Assembly: GCA_045615365.1 (NCBI GenBank) | Contig: JAZLEQ010000042.1 | Location: forward strand, 41,375-105,374 | Direction: 5' to 3' | Source: Alphaproteobacteria bacterium | GTDB taxonomy: Bacteria; Pseudomonadota; Alphaproteobacteria; RF32; CAG-239 | Length of the DNA stretch: 64,000 nucleotides | Shown: piece by piece, positions 17,978-27,624 of the stretch | Layout: each line of letters opens with the position of its first letter | Numbering within the stretch: position 1 is the stretch's first letter | The notes under the pieces: generated by a model | What the model was told of the DNA's origin: nothing | What the model saw: the letters and a program-made list of their open reading frames with translations, nothing else | Databases searched by the model: none | Made by a program: the position numbers and the translations under genes

Positions 17978-19825
17978 ATGTTAGAAGAATTTGATGTAAT
18001 AGTTGTCGGAGGCGGTCATGCCGGTTGTGAAGCGGCGGGCGCATCATCAAGAATGGGAGCAAAAACAGCTTTGATAACCCATAAAATATCAACAATAGGT
18101 GCAATGTCATGCAATCCTGCCATAGGTGGATTAGGAAAAGGACATTTAGTCAGAGAGATAGATGCTCTTGACGGATTAATGGCAAAAGTCATTGATAAAG
18201 CCGGAATACAGTTTCGCATGCTTAACCAATCCAAAGGCCCTGCTGTTAGAGGTCCGCGAGCACAAGCCGACAGAGAATTATATAAAAAACACATGTTAGA
18301 AGCTCTCAACGAGCAAGAAAACCTCACAATAATTGAAGCTTCTGCAGAAGGTCTTGTTTTTGAAGAAAACAAGATAAAAGGCATAATTTTATCTGACAAA
18401 ACGGTTATAAAATCCCAAGCTGTAATTTTAACTTCAGGAACATTTTTAAACGGACTTATATTTATAGGTCACGAAACAACGGTTGGTGGAAGGATAGATG
18501 ATGTTTCATGTTCCGGTATAACACCGTATTTAAAGCAAATGGGATTAAATTTAGGGCGCTTAAAAACAGGAACACCTGCCCGTTTGAACGGAAAAACCAT
18601 AAACTGGGATATTTTGGAAAAACAAGAAGGTGATGAAAAACCAACCCCCTTCTCTTTTCTAAACAAAGAAATTTCTAATCCGCAAATAAGTTGCTATATA
18701 ACCCACACCAACGAAGAAACTCATAAAATAATTCGTGACAACTTCAACAAGTGTGCCTTATTTTCCGGCTTAATTACCGGATTAGGCCCCAGATATTGTC
18801 CAAGCATAGAAGATAAATTAGTCAAATTTGCAGACCGCACATCTCACCAAATATTTTTGGAACCTGAGGGTTTGAACACAGATGTTGTTTATCCTAACGG
18901 GATTTCAACCTCCTTACCTGCAGATGTTCAAGATGCTTTCATTCACACTATGAAGGGCTTAGAAAATGTTGAAATTTTGAAACCCGCATATGCAATAGAA
19001 TATGATTATGTTGATCCTAAAGAATTAAACAATAAACTTGAATGTAAAAAGATAAAAAACTTGTTCCTTGCCGGTCAAATAAACGGAACAACAGGCTATG
19101 AAGAAGCTGCAGCTCAAGGATTGGTTGCAGGTATTAATGCGGCCCTAAAATCACAAAACAGTGACAAAGAATTTACTATTGACCGCTCAGAGGCATATAT
19201 TGGGGTTATGATAGACGATCTTATCACCAAAGGTGTTGACGAACCATATCGTATGTTTACCTCACGCTCTGAATACAGGCTTTATTTGCGCGCAGACAAT
19301 GCGGATATGCGTCTAACCGAAAAAGGATATCAAATAGGTTGTGTAAGTCCTTTAAGATACAGTGTATTTAAAGATAAAAAACAACAAGTAGAAGCTTTTA
19401 GAAAATTAAGCAACAACCTGTCTGTTTCGGCAAAAGACCTAAAATCTGTAAATTTAAATATAAAGCAAGACGGTTCTAAAAAGACTTGTTTTAATCTTTT
19501 ATCTTACCAAGATGTTTCACATGAAACACTATTAAACATATGGCCTGGTTTAGCAAATATTTCCAACGATGTTTTTGAACAAATAGAAATAGAAGCAAAA
19601 TATTCAGGCTATATAAAAAGACAGCTTGCTGATATTGAAGTTTTCAAGAAAGATGAAAATTTAAAAATAAGAGAAGATATTGACTATTCAAAAATAGGTG
19701 GACTTTCTCGTGAAATGATATTTAAGCTTTCATCGGTTAAGCCTTCAACCATAGGTGAGGCTTCTCGCATACCGGGAGTGACGCCTGCAGCCATAACAGC
19801 ATTACTTGGATATATAAAAAAATGA
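17978..19825 (+). CDS. mnmG: tRNA uridine 5-carboxymethylaminomethyl modification enzyme MnmG (GidA)
   Basis: [18 protein letters not shown] motif and [23 protein letters not shown] at 17978, two nt after the mnmE stop. Confidence 0.95.
   Translation: MLEEFDVIVVGGGHAGCEAAGASSRMGAKTALITHKISTIGAMSCNPAIGGLGKGHLVREIDALDGLMAKVIDKAGIQFRMLNQSKGPAVRGPRAQADRELYKKHMLEALNEQENLTIIEASAEGLVFEENKIKGIILSDKTVIKSQAVILTSGTFLNGLIFIGHETTVGGRIDDVSCSGITPYLKQMGLNLGRLKTGTPARLNGKTINWDILEKQEGDEKPTPFSFLNKEISNPQISCYITHTNEETHKIIRDNFNKCALFSGLITGLGPRYCPSIEDKLVKFADRTSHQIFLEPEGLNTDVVYPNGISTSLPADVQDAFIHTMKGLENVEILKPAYAIEYDYVDPKELNNKLECKKIKNLFLAGQINGTTGYEEAAAQGLVAGINAALKSQNSDKEFTIDRSEAYIGVMIDDLITKGVDEPYRMFTSRSEYRLYLRADNADMRLTEKGYQIGCVSPLRYSVFKDKKQQVEAFRKLSNNLSVSAKDLKSVNLNIKQDGSKKTCFNLLSYQDVSHETLLNIWPGLANISNDVFEQIEIEAKYSGYIKRQLADIEVFKKDENLKIREDIDYSKIGGLSREMIFKLSSVKPSTIGEASRIPGVTPAAITALLGYIKK
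19513..19528. promoter_or_regulatory. parS-like centromere site (15/16 to consensus)
   Basis: TGTTTCACATGAAACA versus consensus TGTTTCACGTGAAACA. It lies inside mnmG (encoding VSHET) and is identical to the copy at 21444-21459. Confidence 0.65.
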
Positions 19826-20433
19826 GTAAATTACCTGATATAAAACAAATGATATGTTTGTGGCAAGAAAGTCTTTCGGGGGTTCTTTCTTATGCAAGCG
19901 ATAAAATAAAAATAGATTATATTTATCATACAACGATTGTTGCAAAAACGGCTTCAATAATAGCTGAAAAAAGTGGTTTAGATAAAGAAAAAGCATATGC
20001 TTTGGGTTTGCTTCATGATTATGGTAAAATAAAAAACGAAAAACTCGGTATGCCTCATTTTTTAGAAGGATACTATCAAATGATGTCTTTAGGTTTTCCG
20101 GATATTGCAAAAATTTGCTTAACTCATAGTTTTCCCATAAAAGATTTTAGTTTCAAAGACTATACTTCGTATAATAAAAATTTTCTTTCTCAAACAAAAG
20201 AGTTGTTGTCAAAAATTGAGTTTGATTATTACGATCGTTTAATTCAATTTTGCGACATTATTTCTGAAGGCAAAGACCTTGTTAAATATGAAGCTCGTTT
20301 GGAGTGTATTCGTAACCGCTACAATCTGACCGACGAGCAAACAAAAAATTTGAAAGTTGGAGCCGAACAAAACAAAGCCTGTTTTGACAAGTTGTGCGGT
20401 TGTGATGTCTATACTCTGTTAAAGATATCTTAA
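19822..20433 (+). CDS. HD-domain phosphohydrolase (YqeK-like by inference)
   Basis: [12 protein letters not shown] (the HD dyad) plus an upstream His. 203 aa. ATGA overlap with the mnmG stop. Confidence 0.65.
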   Translation: MSKLPDIKQMICLWQESLSGVLSYASDKIKIDYIYHTTIVAKTASIIAEKSGLDKEKAYALGLLHDYGKIKNEKLGMPHFLEGYYQMMSLGFPDIAKICLTHSFPIKDFSFKDYTSYNKNFLSQTKELLSKIEFDYYDRLIQFCDIISEGKDLVKYEARLECIRNRYNLTDEQTKNLKVGAEQNKACFDKLCGCDVYTLLKIS

Positions 20434-20471
20434 TTTGTTTATTATAGTTTTGCCAATCAAGGAGATTTTTT

Positions 20472-21290
20472 ATGCAAAACTGTAACTATCATTGTCACAC
20501 AAGCTTTAAGGGGATTTTTGACGGCAGAAACACACCCGACGAAATGATTTCCGCATACGAAGAAAAGGGTTTTTCCAAGATTGGAATCAGTAATCATTGT
20601 GTGTGTCATCCGACAATAGCCAAAATGCCTTTTATGAGTCCGCAATTTTTTTCAGACAACAATAAATTCGTTGATATATACAAAGAAAGTTTCGAATCGA
20701 TAGATGAGGCGGCCGCAAAACACTCCATAAAAGTATATAAAGGGTTGGAAGTTGATTTTTTTCCTTCAAAAGAGTGGCACCAATCCTTTGAATTTATAAT
20801 GAAAGAGCTAAATCCCGATTATATTATAGGCTCAACACACTTTATTCGCAGCAAAGCAGAAGATTTAATGTGTGGCATATATTTTCTAAACACCCTGCCC
20901 TCTTTAACAAAAGAGGAGAAGGATGAACTTTTGCGTAATTATTGGGAAAATATTTTAATGTCAATAAAAAGCGGTTATTTCAAATTTATAGCCCACATAG
21001 ACTATTGTTGCCAGTTTAATTTATGCACCGGTTCAGAATGGGATGAATATAAGTATAAAGTAATAGACGCTTTATATAAACACAATACCGCTTGCGAAAT
21101 AAACACGGGAGGTCTCCGACGTATTGGGCGCCCATTTCCTGATTGGTGGATGATAAAAGAGATGATAAAAAAAGAAATTCCTTTAATTATAAGCGACGAT
21201 GCTCATCAAACCTCACAAACAGCCTCTCATTTTGTTGAGGTTGAAAACAAATTGAAAGAACTTGGTTGTAAAAAACGTTTTTCTTTTTAA
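20472..21290 (+). CDS. PHP-domain phosphoesterase (histidinol-phosphatase HisJ-like family)
   Basis: N-terminal YHCHTSF (HxH), GISNHC, STHF, IAHIDY and SDDAH, the ordered metal-ligand motifs of PHP/HisJ enzymes. Confidence 0.7.
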   Translation: MQNCNYHCHTSFKGIFDGRNTPDEMISAYEEKGFSKIGISNHCVCHPTIAKMPFMSPQFFSDNNKFVDIYKESFESIDEAAAKHSIKVYKGLEVDFFPSKEWHQSFEFIMKELNPDYIIGSTHFIRSKAEDLMCGIYFLNTLPSLTKEEKDELLRNYWENILMSIKSGYFKFIAHIDYCCQFNLCTGSEWDEYKYKVIDALYKHNTACEINTGGLRRIGRPFPDWWMIKEMIKKEIPLIISDDAHQTSQTASHFVEVENKLKELGCKKRFSF

Positions 21291-21417
21291 GAGAAAGATT
21301 CAATATCAGGTGTTTAAGTTGTTGTTTTAAAATAAATTTTGTTTTTGTTGTAAATATGTGTTTATAACTGTTATTTTTTTATTTTAAATTTTTTATAAAA
21401 AATATAAAAAATAAATT

Positions 21418-22056
21418 ATGAAAAATATTGCAGAAAAATACAATGTTTCACATGAAACAATTACCGATTTAAACACCTACCACACTCTTCTTATTGAATG
21501 GCAGGAAAAGATAAATTTGGTTAGTGATTCAAGTTTGTTACAAGCAAAAACACGCCATTTTGAAGACTCTGTTCAGCTTTTTAAGTATATTCCAAAAGGC
21601 GCGGAAACCTTAATAGATTTTGGTTCTGGGGCTGGTTTTCCTGCTCTTGTTTTAGCAATAATTGCAAAAACAGAAACGCCGTATTTAAATATAAGCATGG
21701 TTGAGAGTATTAAGAAAAAAACAGTGTTTTTAAAAGAGGTCGCCGAAAAAACCGGAACAAAGGTTCAAATAATAAACGATAGAATCGAAAATGTTAAAAC
21801 TCAAAAGTTTGATGTTATAACTTCAAGAGCAATGACATCTCTTGATAATCTGTTGAATTATTCATACAGGTTTTGTTCAAAAAACACTGTTTGTATTTTT
21901 CCGAAAGGAAAAAAATATGCTGAAGAACTTTCACTTGCTCATAAAAAATGGAATTTTAAATGCTGTATTGAACCAAGCTCAATATCAGATGAAGGAAAAA
22001 TTTTAATTATAACCAAGCTATCAAAAAAAGGAGAAAATAAATGCCAAGAATTTTAG
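21418..22056 (+). CDS. rsmG: 16S rRNA (guanine527-N7)-methyltransferase RsmG (GidB)
   Basis: SAM motif IDFGSGAGFPALVLAI, TSRA, and position between mnmG and parA. Confidence 0.92.
   Translation: MKNIAEKYNVSHETITDLNTYHTLLIEWQEKINLVSDSSLLQAKTRHFEDSVQLFKYIPKGAETLIDFGSGAGFPALVLAIIAKTETPYLNISMVESIKKKTVFLKEVAEKTGTKVQIINDRIENVKTQKFDVITSRAMTSLDNLLNYSYRFCSKNTVCIFPKGKKYAEELSLAHKKWNFKCCIEPSSISDEGKILIITKLSKKGENKCQEF
21444..21459. promoter_or_regulatory. parS-like centromere site (15/16 to consensus)
   Basis: TGTTTCACATGAAACA inside the 5' end of rsmG (encoding VSHET). Identical to 19513-19528. Confidence 0.65.
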
Positions 22057-22817
22057 CTGTCGCAAACCGTAAAGGTGGTGTCGGTAAGACAACAACCGCC
22101 GTAAATGTTGCAACCGCTATGGCGGCTGCCGGTAAAAAAGTATTGTTGGTTGATCTTGATCCTCAAGGCAACGCAACAACATCAATGGGAATCGAGAAAA
22201 AAGGATCAATGAAGTCTTCATATGATGTATTAATCGGGGCTGCGCGACTGGCAGACGCAATAGTTTGGAGTGAAATTCCGGGTTTTTCATTAATTCCGTC
22301 ATCTGCTGATTTGGCTGCTGCCGAAATAGAGCTTGTTGATGTTGTAAAAAGAGAATTTTTATTAAAAAAAGCTTTAGAAAAAGATGCTGTAAATTATGAT
22401 TATGTTTTAATAGATTGTCCTCCTTCATTGAGTCTTGTAACAGTAAATGCGTTGGTTGCATCAGATGCTGTTATAATTCCTTTACAATGTGAGTTTTTGG
22501 CCTTGGAAGGAATTTCTGATTTAATAAAAAACATAAACACCATAAAAAAGAATTTTAATCCGTCGCTAACACTGCACGGGGTTGTTTTAACAATGTATGA
22601 TAAAAGAAACAACCTTACACAAATGGTTGAAGATGATGTTAGAAGTTTTTTCGGTAAAAAAGTATATGACACTGTAATTCCGCGCAATGTCAGAATTTCT
22701 GAAGCACCGTCGCATGGAAAACCTGTATTGCTATACGATTTTAAATGTTCGGGATCACAAGCTTATATCGGTTTAACCAAAGAAGTTTTGAAAAGAGAAA
22801 GAGAGTTGGCAGCATGA
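22041..22817 (+). CDS. parA: chromosome partitioning ATPase ParA
   Basis: Deviant Walker A ANRKGGVGKTTT, DLDPQGN, and IDCPPSL. Confidence 0.95.
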   Translation: MPRILAVANRKGGVGKTTTAVNVATAMAAAGKKVLLVDLDPQGNATTSMGIEKKGSMKSSYDVLIGAARLADAIVWSEIPGFSLIPSSADLAAAEIELVDVVKREFLLKKALEKDAVNYDYVLIDCPPSLSLVTVNALVASDAVIIPLQCEFLALEGISDLIKNINTIKKNFNPSLTLHGVVLTMYDKRNNLTQMVEDDVRSFFGKKVYDTVIPRNVRISEAPSHGKPVLLYDFKCSGSQAYIGLTKEVLKRERELAA

Positions 22818-23785
22818 TTGATGAAAAAAAGAAAAAAAGTCTGGGCAGAGGCTTAGAAGCCTTGCTGGGTGAAATGAATGAAGATGTGTTAAATGACGAA
22901 CTTAAAACAGTTACTCATGACACCAGTATAAATATTGACAGTATTACTGTCAGTCAGTTTCAACCGCGACGCGATTTTGATGAAAATGCCATAAATTCAT
23001 TGGCAGAATCAATCAAAGACAAAGGCGTTTTACAACCTCTGATAGTTCGTAAAAAAGAAAACGGATACGAACTTATTGCCGGTGAAAGACGCTTGCGTGC
23101 ATCAAAAATCGCCGGTTTACGGGAGGTTCCTGTAATTATTAAAGATTTAAGCGATCAAGAAGTTTTAGAAATAGCTTTGGTTGAAAATCTTATGCGAGAA
23201 AATCTTTCTCCGATAGAGGAAGCTTTAGCTTATCAAAATCTGATAGACGGCTTTTCACACACGCAGGAAAAAATAGCTAATATTGTAGGCAAGTCACGAA
23301 GTTATATAGCCAACACATTGCGTTTGCTTTCTTTGCCTGAAGAAATAAAATCTTTGGTTAGTGAAGGTAAACTTTCGGCTGGTCATGCTCGCTGTTTGGT
23401 GGGGCTTGACAACGCTTCAATTTTGGCCGATAAGATTATCAAAGAAGAACTGAATGTTCGTCAGGTTGAGGAACTCGTATCGCAACAAAAGAATTTTGAG
23501 AAAGAGCCGCAATCGTCTGAGTCAAAATCAAAAAAACCCGTAAAATCTTCCGATGTAACGGATATTGAACAAAATCTGAAAGAAAAGCTTGGTTTACGCA
23601 TAAAAATAACGCCAAGCAAACAAGGAGGAGGTAAGGTTGTTTTGCAATATTCATCTGTTGCGGAACTCGATATGATTGTAAACATATTAAACCAGAGAAA
23701 AAATCTTGAAATACCGGAACAAAACGCTGTATTTAAAGATGAAAGCCCGAAAAACGAAAAGTTTTCTATAAAATTTATTGAATAA
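22814..23785 (+). CDS. parB: chromosome partitioning protein ParB
   Basis: LGRGLEALL, GERRLRAS (arginine patch) and an HTH region QEKIANIVGKSRSYIANTLRLL. ATG 22814 overlaps the parA stop (ATGA). The track start 22745 is rejected. Confidence 0.95.
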   Translation: MIDEKKKKSLGRGLEALLGEMNEDVLNDELKTVTHDTSINIDSITVSQFQPRRDFDENAINSLAESIKDKGVLQPLIVRKKENGYELIAGERRLRASKIAGLREVPVIIKDLSDQEVLEIALVENLMRENLSPIEEALAYQNLIDGFSHTQEKIANIVGKSRSYIANTLRLLSLPEEIKSLVSEGKLSAGHARCLVGLDNASILADKIIKEELNVRQVEELVSQQKNFEKEPQSSESKSKKPVKSSDVTDIEQNLKEKLGLRIKITPSKQGGGKVVLQYSSVAELDMIVNILNQRKNLEIPEQNAVFKDESPKNEKFSIKFIE

Positions 23786-23803
23786 ACGAAGAAGGAACAA
23801 AAA

Positions 23804-24037
23804 ATGACAATACTTGAAAAGATGTTGGAAAACTGTGAAAAAGCAGGATACACAACAACCAAAAATGTTCAAAAAATAGCTAATGCAAAACAAATGATGT
23901 TTGGTGATGCGGAATGGCACAGATGCCCTTGCGACGGTAAAAATCCGGATCGTTATTGTATTTCGGATTTGTGTCGTTCGGACATAGAACGCGACGGAGA
24001 ATGTCACTGTCATTGTTATTGTAAAAAAGTAGGATAA
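23804..24037 (+). CDS. small Cys-rich protein, ferredoxin-thioredoxin-reductase catalytic-subunit-like (inferred)
   Basis: 77 aa with HRCPCDGKNPDRYCISDLCRSDIERDGECHCHCYC, which resembles the CPC...C...CHC cluster of FTR catalytic chains. A strong terminator follows. Confidence 0.4.
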   Translation: MTILEKMLENCEKAGYTTTKNVQKIANAKQMMFGDAEWHRCPCDGKNPDRYCISDLCRSDIERDGECHCHCYCKKVG

Positions 24038-24040
24038 ACA

Positions 24041-24067
24041 AAAAAAGCCCCTCGCGGGCTTTTTTTA
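24041..24067 (+). terminator. rho-independent terminator
   Basis: A-run, AGCCC / CTCGC loop / GGGCT (24046-24060), then T7. Confidence 0.75.
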
Positions 24068-24133
24068 TTTAATAATATATTTACCTAATTATAATAGACT
24101 TTCCTTATATCAATAAATTTTTGGAAAAAAGAA

Positions 24134-25090
24134 ATGGGATTCTTAAAAAAAATATTTATCAGCATGACCGCTATTTTTTTGATATTCGTGGGCGGAGCCG
24201 GAACTCAGAGTAATAATATCTTAGTTCAAGGTGGTGGTTTCTTAGGTCTTATTATAGGTTTTATGGCAATATACTTTTTTGCCAAAATGGCTTGGCGAGC
24301 AATGGGGTGTTTACCTTCAATTTTCATTGTTATAACCCTTATTATTTTTGTTTTATATGCAATAGGAGCTTTTTCCGGAGGCATTCAAAACACAAACGAC
24401 AACTTAAAAAGATTTTTAGGAAAAAATACTGTTTCGGCTCAAAATTTTACAGAAACAGCAAAAAAAGAAGAAACTCAAGCTCAAGAAGAATTTGTTGAAG
24501 ACGGAAACATAAATTTAGTCGGCGAAGATAATCATCCGATATTAAAAGAAAATTTTATTGAAAGTTTTTTTCCTGAAAAAGAAGAGGTTGTTTTAGAATT
24601 CAATCCGCTGAATTATCCTGCGGTTTTAGGTTATACACAAGTTGTTTCGGGAGATAGTTTTTACTTAAACAATATGTTTATAAAACTTTACGGGGTAGCA
24701 GCTCCGAAGGCAACACAAACATGTGCTGATGGTCAGGGCAGGGGATATAGGTGCGGACAACAAGCAATATCTTGGCTTAGCGGCTGGCTTGCAGAAAATC
24801 AGGTTAAATGCCATATTTTGCAAGAAATAGAAAGAGGTACATTTTCAGCAGTCTGTATGTTGGGATCATATGACATCGGGGCTGCATTGGTTAATTCCGG
24901 TTGGGCTGTTGCCGACACAAGACAAACAGAAGCGTATAAAGCATATCAAAATCAGGCTTCCGCAAATTATAGAGGCTTGTGGCAAGGTCGTTTTTATATG
25001 CCGTGGGATTGGGATAGAATCAAAATGCGCAAAAACAAAGTCAAAGTGATAAAAAAAGACAAAAAAAGAAAAAGTGTTTGGGGTTTTTAA
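24134..25090 (+). CDS. membrane-anchored thermonuclease (staphylococcal nuclease, SNase-like) family protein
   Basis: Three N-terminal TM segments, then VVSGDSFYL...IKLYGVAAP...YRCGQQA...GAALVNSGWAVA...ANYRGLWQG, the SNase-homolog pattern. Confidence 0.75.
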   Translation: MGFLKKIFISMTAIFLIFVGGAGTQSNNILVQGGGFLGLIIGFMAIYFFAKMAWRAMGCLPSIFIVITLIIFVLYAIGAFSGGIQNTNDNLKRFLGKNTVSAQNFTETAKKEETQAQEEFVEDGNINLVGEDNHPILKENFIESFFPEKEEVVLEFNPLNYPAVLGYTQVVSGDSFYLNNMFIKLYGVAAPKATQTCADGQGRGYRCGQQAISWLSGWLAENQVKCHILQEIERGTFSAVCMLGSYDIGAALVNSGWAVADTRQTEAYKAYQNQASANYRGLWQGRFYMPWDWDRIKMRKNKVKVIKKDKKRKSVWGF

Positions 25091-25106
25091 TGGATCGGGA
25101 TAAAAA

Positions 25107-25556
25107 ATGCAGGTAAACTTTTCATCTTTTTCAGAACAACAAACAAATGAAATTGCTGAAAAAATAGCAAAGATAGCACAAAAAGGCGATGTTTTTGCCC
25201 TTCATGGGAATTTAGGTGTGGGCAAAAGTGTTTTTGCCAGAGCTTTTATAAAAAAACTAACCCAAGCTGATGATGTTCCCAGCCCCACATTTACACTTGT
25301 TCAGGAATACGACGCCTCAGATTTCAAAATTTTTCATTTTGATTTATATCGTCTGAAAAACCCTGATGAAGTTTTTGAGATTGGTTTTGAAGAGGCAATA
25401 TACGGAGGGGTAAGTCTTTTGGAATGGCCTGAAAAGGCAAAGGGATGGATGCCTAAAGATGTTTTTGATGTTTTCATAACAACTAAGGGCGATGAAAGAA
25501 TCATAAGTATTGAAGCTTTTTCGGAAAACAAAATTTCGCGTTTGAGTAAAATATAA
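25107..25556 (+). CDS. tsaE: tRNA threonylcarbamoyladenosine biosynthesis ATPase TsaE
   Basis: LHGNLGVGKSVFARAF, SPTFTLVQEY, HFDLYRL, and LEWPE. Confidence 0.9.
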   Translation: MQVNFSSFSEQQTNEIAEKIAKIAQKGDVFALHGNLGVGKSVFARAFIKKLTQADDVPSPTFTLVQEYDASDFKIFHFDLYRLKNPDEVFEIGFEEAIYGGVSLLEWPEKAKGWMPKDVFDVFITTKGDERIISIEAFSENKISRLSKI

Positions 25557-25990
25557 TGAAGAAAAATATTCATGCAACCGCACTCAAAATAAAAACAAAA
25601 GGAATAATCATATTAGGATCTTCCGGTAAAGGCAAATCAGACCTTGCTTTACGCCTTATTTTGAATCAAAAAGCCAAGCTTATTGCAGACGATAGAGTTG
25701 ATATTGAAGTTTCATCAAAAAAAATTATGGCTTCTGCACCGAAAAACATACAGGGTTTGCTGGAAGTGAGAGGTGTTGGCATAGTTAGTGTCGGTTTTGT
25801 AAAAAAGGCAAAAATAAACATGATTGTATCTCTGGACGCAGAAAAAACAGAGCGCATGCCTGAGCCGGAATTTTATGATTTTTCAGGAGTAAAGGTTCCT
25901 CTTATAAGAATAAATCCGAAAGAAGTTTCGGCTCCCGAAAAGGTTTTGGCTGCGCTAAGTTTGTTGTGCGGATTTAAAAAAGTCGGTTGA
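25556..25990 (+). CDS. hprK: HPr kinase/phosphorylase, short C-terminal-domain-only form
   Basis: GIIILGSSGKGKSDLALRLI, LIADDRVDI, and LLEVRGVGIV. 144 aa, the truncated form I recall from alphaproteobacteria. Confidence 0.8.
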   Translation: MKKNIHATALKIKTKGIIILGSSGKGKSDLALRLILNQKAKLIADDRVDIEVSSKKIMASAPKNIQGLLEVRGVGIVSVGFVKKAKINMIVSLDAEKTERMPEPEFYDFSGVKVPLIRINPKEVSAPEKVLAALSLLCGFKKVG

Positions 25991-26051
25991 TTAATTATAA
26001 TCAAAAATATAGAATGTAATCAAAATGTTAACATAAGTAACGGGATTAGAG

Positions 26052-26846
26052 ATGTTGTTTTTACGCAAAATTGAAAAATTTTTACGCAAACAAGGAAGAC
26101 CTCTTGTCAATTTCACATTCAAGGTTGGAGAATTGTTTGTATTTGTTGCCCAAACTTTATACAATTGTTTAACACCTCCTTTTTATGGGCGCATTTTGTG
26201 GAATCAGGTTGTTGATATGGGGTTTTATTCTTTGCCTGTTGTCGGACTGACTACAATATTTGCGGGAATGGTTATTGCTTTACAAAGTTATTCCGGATTT
26301 GCCACTGTTGGCGCGGAAAGCATGGTTGCAAGCGTTGTTTTAATTTCTGTAACCAGAGAGTTGGCGCCTGTTTTGTCTGCCTTAATGGTTGCCGGCAGAA
26401 TAGGGGCTGCAATGGCTGCAGAAATAGGCACAATGCGTGTTACCGAACAAATTGATGCTCTGACAACCCTGTCAACTAATCCGTTTAAATATTTGGTTGC
26501 TCCAAGAATTTGGGCCGGTTTAATAGTTATGCCGATTTTGGTTTTGATAGGAGATGTTATAGGTATTTTTGGCGGCTATGTTGTAGGTGTTTACAAACTG
26601 GGATTTAATCCTGCAAACTATATCAACGCAACTATAAACGATTTGCAAGCTTTGGATATCACAACCGGTGTGGTAAAGGCTGCGGTTTTTGGTTTTATCA
26701 TTGCGTTGATGGGGTGCTATAACGGTTATAAATCTAAGGGAGGTGCGCAAGGTGTAGGGGCTGCTACAACTAACGCTGTTGTATCTTCTTCGATCCTTAT
26801 CTTAATATTTAACTATATTGTTACCGAGTTGTTTTTCTCAAAATAA
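26052..26846 (+). CDS. mlaE: MlaE-family ABC transporter permease
   Basis: Multi-TM protein with SVTRELAPVLSALMVAGRIGAAMAAEIGTMRVTEQIDAL, diagnostic of MlaE/YrbE. Confidence 0.88.
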   Translation: MLFLRKIEKFLRKQGRPLVNFTFKVGELFVFVAQTLYNCLTPPFYGRILWNQVVDMGFYSLPVVGLTTIFAGMVIALQSYSGFATVGAESMVASVVLISVTRELAPVLSALMVAGRIGAAMAAEIGTMRVTEQIDALTTLSTNPFKYLVAPRIWAGLIVMPILVLIGDVIGIFGGYVVGVYKLGFNPANYINATINDLQALDITTGVVKAAVFGFIIALMGCYNGYKSKGGAQGVGAATTNAVVSSSILILIFNYIVTELFFSK

Positions 26847-26857
26847 AGGTGTTTAAA

Positions 26858-27622
26858 ATGTCGGATGTAAAAATAAGCCTAAAAAACGTTTATAAATCTT
26901 TTGGAAAAAAGGCTGTTTTAAGAGGGGTTAACCTTGATATAAAAAAAGGTGAATCTTTAGTTGTTATTGGCGGTTCAGGCACGGGAAAATCCGTTCTTAT
27001 CAAATGCATTCAAGGCCTCTTAACACCGGAAGAAGGATCTATAAAGGTTGATAATAAAGAGGTTGTCGGCTTAGCAGAAAGCGAAAAAGAACTCCTTCAT
27101 TCAAAAATGGGAATGCTTTTTCAGGGAGGAGCTCTTTTTGACAGCTTGAAAGTTTGGGAAAATGTGGCCTTTGATTTGCTGGAAAACAAAGGATACAACA
27201 AAAAAGATGCCAAAAATGAAGCAATAAGAGTTTTGCGTTCGGTGGGTTTGGATCCTGATGTTGCCGATTTATCGCCTTCGGAGTTGTCCGGAGGAATGCA
27301 AAAGAGAGTTGGTTTGGCCCGAGCAATAATATCAAAGCCGGAAATAATATTTTTTGATGAACCGACAACCGGATTAGATCCTATTATGGCTGATGTTATC
27401 AACGATTTGATAGTTGAATCGGTGAAAGGTTTGGGGGCGACAGGTTTAACAATCACTCACGACATGGCTTCCGTTCGTAAAATTGCCGACAGAGTGGCCA
27501 TGCTTTATAAGGGCGAGATTATTTGGCAAGGAACGGTTAAAGAGATGGATGAAACAGAAAATCCATATGTTGTTCAGTTTATTAACGGAAAATCTCAAGG
27601 TCCCATAAAAACAGGAGTATAG
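26858..27622 (+). CDS. mlaF: MlaF-like ABC transporter ATP-binding protein
   Basis: Walker A GGSGTGKS, signature LSGGMQKRVGLARA, Walker B IIFFDEPT. The start is set at ATG 26858. Confidence 0.88.
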   Translation: MSDVKISLKNVYKSFGKKAVLRGVNLDIKKGESLVVIGGSGTGKSVLIKCIQGLLTPEEGSIKVDNKEVVGLAESEKELLHSKMGMLFQGGALFDSLKVWENVAFDLLENKGYNKKDAKNEAIRVLRSVGLDPDVADLSPSELSGGMQKRVGLARAIISKPEIIFFDEPTTGLDPIMADVINDLIVESVKGLGATGLTITHDMASVRKIADRVAMLYKGEIIWQGTVKEMDETENPYVVQFINGKSQGPIKTGV

Positions 27623-27624
27623 CT

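Noticed and set aside
22745-22813. Longer ParB start at 22745 proposed by the ORF track.
   Set aside because: It would overlap parA by 73 nt. ATG 22814 gives the classic ATGA stop-start overlap and the conserved N-terminus MIDEKKKKSLGRGLEALL.
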